Source of the DNA: a virus
IMG/VR virus record: IMGVR_UViG_3300034045_000098
Span: 1 to 6,098 of that record
DNA: 6,098 bases
Strand: one strand, 5' to 3'
In this document: in pieces, positions 1-4,179 of the stretch
How the letters are laid out: each line of letters begins with the position of its first letter
How positions within the stretch are numbered: the stretch's first letter is position 1
Program-made: the position numbers and the translations under genes
Notes under the pieces: model-generated
Seen by the model: the letters and a program-made list of their open reading frames with translations, nothing else
The model's database searches: none
Told to the model about the DNA's origin: nothing

Positions 1-94
1 CACCTGAAGTTATACCGCCAGAACCCCCACTCGGGTCATCAGGATTATTTGGATCGTCAGGATTGTTTGGATCATCAGGATTATTTGGATCGTC
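1..94. repeat. Terminal redundancy copy 1 (circular-assembly overlap)
   Basis: I checked it base by base and it is identical to 6005-6098. It lies inside a coding region, and the reading frame is preserved across the join. Confidence 0.95.
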
Positions 95-991
95 AGGATT
101 ATTTGGATCAGTAGAAAAACAAAGGAAAGAATCATTAACAAAACCGCAACCCTGTTCACAAACATCGTTAGGACACTTTTCTGAATAATCAGCAGCACAA
201 GCGGTTAAATTACCTACTGTTTGACAGTTATTTTCAGATGGAATAGGGTCAACAATATCATTAGATAAATCAGGCAAACCATTATCAGATCCATAGCAAT
301 TATTTTCAGAATGAGTATATATAGAAGAACCATCGGTAAGAATAGTTGACTTAACCGCACATTTTGAACCATCAGCTTTGGTATAACAGCCATGAGGCAA
401 AGATACGGGAATTGGAGGAATATCATTAAAATCACAAGTATCATAAAGTGGGATAGTAGCAGGATCAGCACAAGCTAAAATATCACCATTTTCATTTTTT
501 ACAGAATACGTAAAAGTTGGATTAGAATCAGGCGGACAAGTATCAGTTTGTTCATAGGTTGAATTAGAAAAATCTACAGTACGGATCTTGGATTCGCCAG
601 TAATTGGTTCTTGATCTATATAACAAGAACAAGAATTATCATAATTGGGTGAATATGTTACAGAAGTAGAATGCCAAAGTTCATATCTTAAAGAGCCATG
701 CGCATCAGTAACAACTTTAACAAAAGGTGCAGAATATGTACGTATAGGATAAGAAGTTGTTGGCGAAATGGGTGGAACTTTTGAAGCTAATGAATACGAA
801 GCAGAAAGTTTTGCATCATCTAAAGTTTCAGCACAAGATTTATCAGAAATAATAGAGCCATAATTGGCAGTCAAACAATATAACTGATCGCGTTTTGGAG
901 GATAAGTAAGGACAGTACCGTCTGTAAAAATACTTGAAAAAGAAAAAGGCGAAATCAAAAAAGAAATCGCCAATAAAAAAATACGGATCAT
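1..991 (-). CDS. pIII-like minor coat / adsorption protein, N-terminal part (continues across the circular junction into 6004..5655)
   Basis: The ATG is at 991-989 and is preceded by an in-frame TAG at 994-992. I checked every triplet from 991 down to 2 and found no stop. The product begins MIRIFLLAISFLISPFSFSS (signal-peptide-like). A region with 16 Cys follows, then ...FSTDPNNPDDPNNPDDPNNPDDPNNPDDPSGGSGGITSG. The ORF has no stop inside the window edge, so the ORF track does not list it. Position 991+6004 is in the same frame as the 5655..5981 ORF. Total length is 1341 nt, giving 446 aa. Confidence 0.85.
   Translation of the reverse strand, partial: MIRIFLLAISFLISPFSFSSIFTDGTVLTYPPKRDQLYCLTANYGSIISDKSCAETLDDAKLSASYSLASKVPPISPTTSYPIRTYSAPFVKVVTDAHGSLRYELWHSTSVTYSPNYDNSCSCYIDQEPITGESKIRTVDFSNSTYEQTDTCPPDSNPTFTYSVKNENGDILACADPATIPLYDTCDFNDIPPIPVSLPHGCYTKADGSKCAVKSTILTDGSSIYTHSENNCYGSDNGLPDLSNDIVDPIPSENNCQTVGNLTACAADYSEKCPNDVCEQGCGFVNDSFLCFSTDPNNPDDPNNPDDPNNPDDPNNPDDPSGGSGGITSG
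38..109 (-). repeat. In-frame tandem repeat, 4 x 18 bp (also 2 x 36 bp with one mismatch), encoding (DPNNPD)x4
   Basis: In plus-strand reading order, the unit atc agg att att tgg atc / gtc agg att (g/a)tt tgg atc is repeated. On the minus strand it encodes DPNNPD four times, followed by PSGGSGG. It sits where pIII proteins carry flexible linkers. A partial second copy at 6042-6098 is the assembly overlap. Confidence 0.9.
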
Positions 992-1068
992 CTAACAGCC
1001 CAGAAAGATATCGCGATGCTAACAACAAAAGTGACAGCACACAAAGCACCGTAAATGAGAGAAAACAT
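988..1068 (-). CDS. Small hydrophobic protein, 26 aa (pVII/pIX-like minor coat candidate)
   Basis: Hand translation gives ATG(1068) TTT TCT CTC ATT TAC GGT GCT TTG TGT GCT GTC ACT TTT GTT GTT AGC ATC GCG ATA TCT TTC TGG GCT GTT AGA TGA, which is MFSLIYGALCAVTFVVSIAISFWAVR. It starts 1 nt after the major-coat TAG (TAGtATG). Its TGA overlaps the pIII-like ATG (ATGA). It is too short for the ORF track. Confidence 0.5.
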   Translation of the reverse strand: MFSLIYGALCAVTFVVSIAISFWAVR

Positions 1069-1069
1069 A

Positions 1070-1279
1070 CTAAATTTTCTTAACAATAGCTATAATTAAG
1101 CCAATAACTACAAGTGAAGCAACAGTACCTATAACATACTGACCAGTTGTCAATGCGTCACTTTCAGCAGCAGCAACAGCAGTTTGAACAGCAGTTGTAT
1201 CAATAGCCCAAGCAGCACTTGTGGATAAAGCACCCGTTAAAGCAGCAAAAGAAAGACCAAATTTTGTTTTTAAACTCAT
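1070..1279 (-). CDS. Major coat protein precursor (pVIII-like), 69 aa
   Basis: The signal peptide MSLKTKFGLSFAALTGALSTSAAWA has an AWA cleavage motif. The ~44-aa mature part has an acidic N-terminus (IDTTAVQTAVAAAESD), a hydrophobic core and a basic C-terminus (IVKKI). The Shine-Dalgarno AAGGAG sits 6 nt upstream of the ATG and is the strongest in the window. The gene lies just upstream of the pIII-like gene. Confidence 0.9.
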   Translation of the reverse strand: MSLKTKFGLSFAALTGALSTSAAWAIDTTAVQTAVAAAESDALTTGQYVIGTVASLVVIGLIIAIVKKI

Positions 1280-1293
1280 AATAAACTCCTTAG

Positions 1294-1530
1294 TTATCGA
1301 CCTATTTTTTTAATAATTGCTATTATCGAGCCGACAGCGATACCAGCAACAAATAAAGTTATGACACCGCCGAAACCAGCATCGTACATATCTTTATCAA
1401 ACGAATTAAAAGACGAATAAGTATTATATTCATCTAAAGACAATAAAATATAATCATTGCATTCAGAAATGGGAACACTAGAAGAAATCAAAGAACCCGA
1501 ATTGGAATCATACTGAACACAAATACTCAT
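1294..1530 (-). CDS. Coat-like small membrane protein, 78 aa (acidic N-region, one C-terminal TM, basic tail)
   Basis: There is no signal peptide. The N-terminal ~50 aa is strongly acidic. The C-terminus GFGGVITLFVAGIAVGSIIAIIKKIGR resembles the major coat C-terminus (VASLVVIGLIIAIVKKI). The start overlaps the upstream stop (TAATG at 1532-1528). Confidence 0.65.
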   Translation of the reverse strand: MSICVQYDSNSGSLISSSVPISECNDYILLSLDEYNTYSSFNSFDKDMYDAGFGGVITLFVAGIAVGSIIAIIKKIGR

Positions 1531-1820
1531 TACTTAGCAATACCAGTAACAATAGTTTGTAACTGACCATTTTTTAAAACAGTATCAGTCAAAAAGTTAA
1601 GCTGCATAGGAAAATCATTAGTTAAAGAATTAAGCTGATTAAGAACATCTATAGTACAGTTAACAGAACTAGACTCATAACCGCAAGCCAAAGAAACATT
1701 AAATTTTTCAGAAGAATAATTTTGAACTGGAGACAATACAAAAATTTCACCAAATTCAAAATCTCTACCAACTTTTGAAGTACCCGAACAAAAACGAGCA
1801 CCTGAAACGAACAACTTCAT
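1530..1820 (-). CDS. Putative ssDNA-binding protein (pV-like), 96 aa
   Basis: It sits directly after Rep and before the coat genes, and its size is typical. The N-terminal segment ARFCSGTSKVGRDFEFGEIFV resembles the Pf3 ssb segment VRQGTSAKGNPYTFQEGFL and the M13 pV segment TTRSGVSRQGKPYSLNEQL, both as I recall them. The RBS is GGGG, 5 nt upstream of the ATG. Confidence 0.55.
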   Translation of the reverse strand: MKLFVSGARFCSGTSKVGRDFEFGEIFVLSPVQNYSSEKFNVSLACGYESSSVNCTIDVLNQLNSLTNDFPMQLNFLTDTVLKNGQLQTIVTGIAK

Positions 1821-1865
1821 AAAAACCCCAAATAATAAATAACAGATGCAATAATAATACAGAAA

Positions 1866-1895
1866 ATATTAAAAAAGTAAAGCAAAACACTTCAA
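1866..1895 (-). promoter_or_regulatory. sigma70-like promoter candidate for the ssb/structural operon
   Basis: On the minus strand, TTGAAG (1895-1890) is followed by an 18-nt spacer and TAATAT (1871-1866), about 45 nt upstream of the ssb ATG. AT-rich DNA produces such matches easily. Confidence 0.3.
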
Positions 1896-1920
1896 AAAAT
1901 ATCTTTTAAATACAAAATAA

Positions 1921-1965
1921 TCCTGAAGTCAGGACTAGAAAGAGGTGTTACTAACCCTCTTTCTA
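1921..1965 (-). terminator. Two adjacent stem-loops at the end of rep (terminator and/or origin-type structure)
   Basis: Hairpin A has a 10-bp stem (1936-1945 tagaaagagg pairs with 1956-1965 cctctttcta) and a 10-nt loop. It includes the rep stop codon at 1963-1965. Hairpin B (1921-1934 tcctga-ag-tcagga) is followed on the minus strand by TTATTTTGTATTT. Confidence 0.4.
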
Positions 1966-3045
1966 AAACCGATAAAAATCAGGAACAGGCAAATCAAGCA
2001 AAGAAATATCACTTTGAGATTTTAAACGAAGCGGCATAGTTAAAATATTACAAGTCTCAGAAATATCATAACCAAGAGCTAACAATCTATTACGATGCAC
2101 ATAAAATTGAGAATTAGATAACTTTTCACGTAAATTTTGACCGTACAACCACATCATAAAATAAGACTGGGTAGAGTTAGCAGACTGACGAGAAGTTACT
2201 ATATTTTCAGAAATAAGATCATCAGCTATAGAATCAAAATCAGAAACAGTAACACTCATTTTATTAAACCTATTTTCAAGAAAACCGAAATCAAAAAGAA
2301 CAGAAACATTATTATAACCCCAAAATTGAAGATTACGAAAACGAAGAAAATCTGATTTAAATTCATATTCAAGACGAACAACACCATTATTTTTACAATA
2401 ATTAGTAACCCGATCATAATAATCAAGATCAGATTCTAATAATTTATAAGCTATTTTTTTTCGTTCACGAATTAAAGAGTGATATTTAGAATAAACTTTA
2501 AAATACAAAGTTTTACTGCCTTTGTTCCAGTCTACAGTACAATTATCGGGGTAAACAAAACCAAGTTTTTTACGATAAGCTATAGAACCAAGAGAGCGAA
2601 TAAATTTTTTTTCATTAGCTTCACCAACGCAATAATTACGCGTAACATGAACTTGAGTTATCCTAGCACCATCAGAAACCAAATCAAAGCGACGTGTTTT
2701 TTCATTAAAAACAGATTCGATTTTAGTTGATTTTGTAAATTCAGGCAAAGAAAGAGAACGCAAAATAGCATTATAAACAGAAAAACAATCATCTATATTA
2801 GAAAAACCGAAAAGATTATCAACACGATTAACTTTCGATGGATTACCAGAAACCGACAATCTACGACCATCAGAACGAATATTTATAGATGTTGAATAAC
2901 TACCCTCGTGTTGCTCAAAAGTAGAAGTCTTAATAATTTCACCTGTTTTTAGACATTCTCTAGTAATAATAGAGCCAGCAAAAATAGGAATATCAAAATC
3001 AAATTCTTGCCAACAACTTAACCAATCAAAAAAATAAAAAGACAT
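1963..3045 (-). CDS. Rolling-circle replication initiation protein (Ff gpII / Phage_CRI, RstA-like), 360 aa
   Basis: The N-terminal motif FDWLSCWQEF is typical of this group. RLSVSGNPSKVNRVDNLFGF parallels M13 gpII IKASPAKVLQGHNVYG, and VVRLEYEFKSDFLR parallels LVRFEARIKTRYLK, both from memory. The size matches RstA-type proteins, and the gene lies upstream of ssb. Confidence 0.85.
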   Translation of the reverse strand: MSFYFFDWLSCWQEFDFDIPIFAGSIITRECLKTGEIIKTSTFEQHEGSYSTSINIRSDGRRLSVSGNPSKVNRVDNLFGFSNIDDCFSVYNAILRSLSLPEFTKSTKIESVFNEKTRRFDLVSDGARITQVHVTRNYCVGEANEKKFIRSLGSIAYRKKLGFVYPDNCTVDWNKGSKTLYFKVYSKYHSLIRERKKIAYKLLESDLDYYDRVTNYCKNNGVVRLEYEFKSDFLRFRNLQFWGYNNVSVLFDFGFLENRFNKMSVTVSDFDSIADDLISENIVTSRQSANSTQSYFMMWLYGQNLREKLSNSQFYVHRNRLLALGYDISETCNILTMPLRLKSQSDISLLDLPVPDFYRF

Positions 3046-3053
3046 AAAAAACC

Positions 3054-3221
3054 CTAAAGCAAAATAGAAAAATCACGTCTTGGAGAATAAAGAACATGAT
3101 TAACAACAATAAAGTCCTTTTTTTTCCACTGATAAACTTGTTGCGGCTTCACTTTTAAAAAACGAGCAAAAGAAGAAGAAGAACCATTAAAATATAAATT
3201 TATGTAATCTTGCAAAGGCAT
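3054..3221 (-). CDS. Small helix-turn-helix DNA-binding protein (Cro/YdaS-like), 55 aa (64 aa if the TTG at 3248 is used)
   Basis: GSSSSFARFLKVKPQQVYQWKKK fits the G-x-x-x-(L/F)A-x-x-LGV-x-x-x-x-V-x-x-W pattern of Cro/YdaS-type HTH proteins. It lies immediately upstream of rep, and its TAG is 8 nt before the rep ATG. The start is ambiguous. I prefer the ATG at 3221 and the ORF track uses the TTG at 3248, but both have weak RBSs. Confidence 0.6.
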   Translation of the reverse strand: MPLQDYINLYFNGSSSSFARFLKVKPQQVYQWKKKDFIVVNHVLYSPRRDFSILL

Positions 3222-3259
3222 AAAACACCAAAAAGAATTGGGCGGCAAGCGCCCTACTC

Positions 3260-3293
3260 ATAAAAAGGAAAAATTAAAATTTTTCCTTTTTAT
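3260..3293. promoter_or_regulatory. Perfect 16-bp inverted repeat with a 2-nt spacer (operator or bidirectional terminator-like hairpin)
   Basis: ataaaaaggaaaaatt-aa-aatttttcctttttat has perfectly complementary arms at 3260-3275 and 3278-3293. It lies between the 135-aa gene stop (3304) and the HTH gene. Confidence 0.5.
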
Positions 3294-3303
3294 CGAGTTA
3301 CGA

Positions 3304-3711
3304 TTAAAAAGTATGTGTATCTTTCAGATAAGCTCTGCAATAGTGTACTACTGCTATACTTTCAGACAAAGACCATTTTTTTGATTTCTGAATAAGATCA
3401 TAACATTGCTGTTTGTTTAGAATCTGCTTTACTTCACTATTATTAAAATAACTCTCAGTTATAAGCATAGAAATAGCCTTTAAAGAAAATTCAAGATTTT
3501 CAGAATTAAAAGGGAAGTTAAGAACAATAGAATAAAGAGCTTTTTTTTCATTATCTGTTAAAACAGGCAAATTATCTTGCACAAAAATATCATAACATTT
3601 AGCCATAAGATTAATTGAACCACTAAAATTAGGGCGTAAAGATGGAGAAATAACCCACAAAAGTTGAACAGTTTCACCAGAAATATAAACTGATTTTTTA
3701 ATTGATTTCAT
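3304..3711 (-). CDS. Hypothetical protein, 135 aa (orphan; variable/regulatory module)
   Basis: The ORF starts with ATG and has the RBS AAGGA 5 nt upstream. It is on the same strand as all other genes. The sequence looks mostly helical, and I recognised no motif. The N-terminus KKSVYISGETVQLL is weakly ribbon-helix-helix-like, which is speculative. Confidence 0.6.
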   Translation of the reverse strand: MKSIKKSVYISGETVQLLWVISPSLRPNFSGSINLMAKCYDIFVQDNLPVLTDNEKKALYSIVLNFPFNSENLEFSLKAISMLITESYFNNSEVKQILNKQQCYDLIQKSKKWSLSESIAVVHYCRAYLKDTHTF

Positions 3712-3742
3712 TTTGATCCTTAAATTCTTTGGTTAGGGTAAT

Positions 3743-3758
3743 GGGCGATTGATCGCCC
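3743..3758. promoter_or_regulatory. GC-rich palindrome / stem-loop gggcgat-tg-atcgccc
   Basis: The arms are 7 bp (3743-3749 pairs with 3752-3758). It lies 5 nt after the stop of the 81-aa gene and is flanked by the similar direct words tagggtaat and aagggttat. No T-run follows it on the minus strand. Confidence 0.45.
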
Positions 3759-3763
3759 AAGGG

Positions 3764-4009
3764 TTATGATATACAAAATTCGTTTTCGTGAATTTCTTCG
3801 CAGAAACTATATGAACGAATATCGACATGATCCCATTTTTTAGAGTTGCTTGCTTTACAAGTAAAAGAATTAACCAAATTACATTTTCTACTTGAGTCAA
3901 TACTTTCCTCGCATTTTTTATATGCAACTAATACAAGCTCACCAGATTTTAATTTCTTTGATGTGTAAGCAACTAATTCGTTAGTATTAACATTAATTAA
4001 ATAAGACAT
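3764..4009 (-). CDS. Hypothetical Cys-rich protein, 81 aa (orphan; first gene after the main intergenic region)
   Basis: The ORF starts with ATG and has the RBS AGGA 7 nt upstream. It has five Cys and two His in its C-terminal 50 aa (KKCEES..RKCNL..FTCKAS..HVD..FCEEIHENEFC). I recognised no family. Confidence 0.6.
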   Translation of the reverse strand: MSYLINVNTNELVAYTSKKLKSGELVLVAYKKCEESIDSSRKCNLVNSFTCKASNSKKWDHVDIRSYSFCEEIHENEFCIS

Positions 4010-4060
4010 TTTATATTCCTTTTTTCGTTATAGCAGTATGCCGAACTTATAAAATATTGC

Positions 4061-4075
4061 TGTTCATTGAGAACA
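4061..4075. promoter_or_regulatory. Palindrome TGTTC-N5-GAACA at the predicted transcription start (operator candidate)
   Basis: tgttcattgagaaca lies immediately downstream of the -10 element of the 4081-4109 promoter candidate. Confidence 0.3.
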
Positions 4076-4080
4076 AATAT

Positions 4081-4109
4081 ATTATGCTACAAAGGTGCGA
4101 TAATGTAAA
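4081..4109 (-). promoter_or_regulatory. sigma70-like promoter candidate for the 81aa-135aa-HTH-rep transcription unit
   Basis: On the minus strand, TTTACA (4109-4104) is followed by a 17-nt spacer and CATAAT (4086-4081). That is 5/6 and 5/6 matches to consensus with optimal spacing, about 70 nt upstream of the 81-aa gene. Confidence 0.45.
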
Positions 4110-4123
4110 GAAATAATTTAGTT

Positions 4124-4176
4124 TTTTATTTCGCTTTTGCTGCGTTCCCGCTGGTACTCGCATTCGCGAAATAAAA
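4124..4176. other. Long stem-loop with 11-bp AT-rich arms enclosing a 31-nt GC-rich core (candidate packaging signal, origin or terminator)
   Basis: ttttatttcgc (4124-4134) is complementary to gcgaaataaaa (4166-4176). The core ttttgctgcgttcccgctggtactcgcattc is the most GC-rich stretch in the window and contains the 8-bp palindrome ttcgcgaa (4163-4170). The element begins 4 nt after the zot stop. Confidence 0.45.
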
Positions 4177-4179
4177 GAA

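Noticed and set aside
38-109. Short regularly spaced repeats that could be mistaken for a CRISPR array
   Set aside because: The repeats are directly tandem with no spacers, in frame and inside a CDS, and they encode DPNNPD. There are no cas genes.
10-471. Minus-strand ORFs 10..198 (62 aa) and 214..471 (85 aa) from the ORF track
   Set aside because: Both lie in alternative frames entirely inside the pIII-like CDS. Their Leu/Ile/Phe-rich products are what a T-rich coding strand yields out of frame. Neither has an RBS.
843-1049. Minus-strand ORF 843..1049 (68 aa)
   Set aside because: It overlaps the start of the pIII-like gene and the 26-aa ORF in a third frame. The product is low-complexity (FFFDFAFFFFKYF). 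The in-frame pIII-like ORF, with its signal peptide, explains the region better.
1922-1929. The 8-mer cctgaagt occurs three times (3-10, 1922-1929, 5282-5289) in the unique sequence
   Set aside because: Two copies are coding and specify Thr-Ser-Gly in unrelated proteins. The third is part of a hairpin. The flanks are not conserved, so I treat it as coincidence.
2453-2461. A8-A9 homopolymer tracts on the coding strand (e.g. 2453-2461 in rep, and also 2605-2612, 3118-3125 and 3541-3548) as possible slippage or phase-variation sites
   Set aside because: They simply encode Lys-Lys(-Lys) in an AT-rich genome, all frames are intact, and nothing suggests programmed frameshifting. They matter only as possible sequencing-error hotspots.
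2137-2730. Plus-strand ORFs 2137..2355 (72 aa) and 2479..2730 (83 aa)
   Set aside because: They are antisense shadows inside rep. The products are K/I/N/R-rich low-complexity sequences produced by the A-rich plus strand. No other plus-strand gene exists in the genome.
3733-3927. Minus-strand ORF 3733..3927 (64 aa)
   Set aside because: It is an alternative frame almost wholly inside the 81-aa gene. It runs through the GC palindrome and has no RBS.
4047-4163. 38-aa minus-strand ORF (MRVPAGTQQKRNKKLNYFFTLSHLCSIIYLFSMNSNIL) running through the main intergenic region
   Set aside because: It has no RBS. It starts inside the GC-rich hairpin and reads through the promoter and dyad elements, so it is most likely fortuitous.
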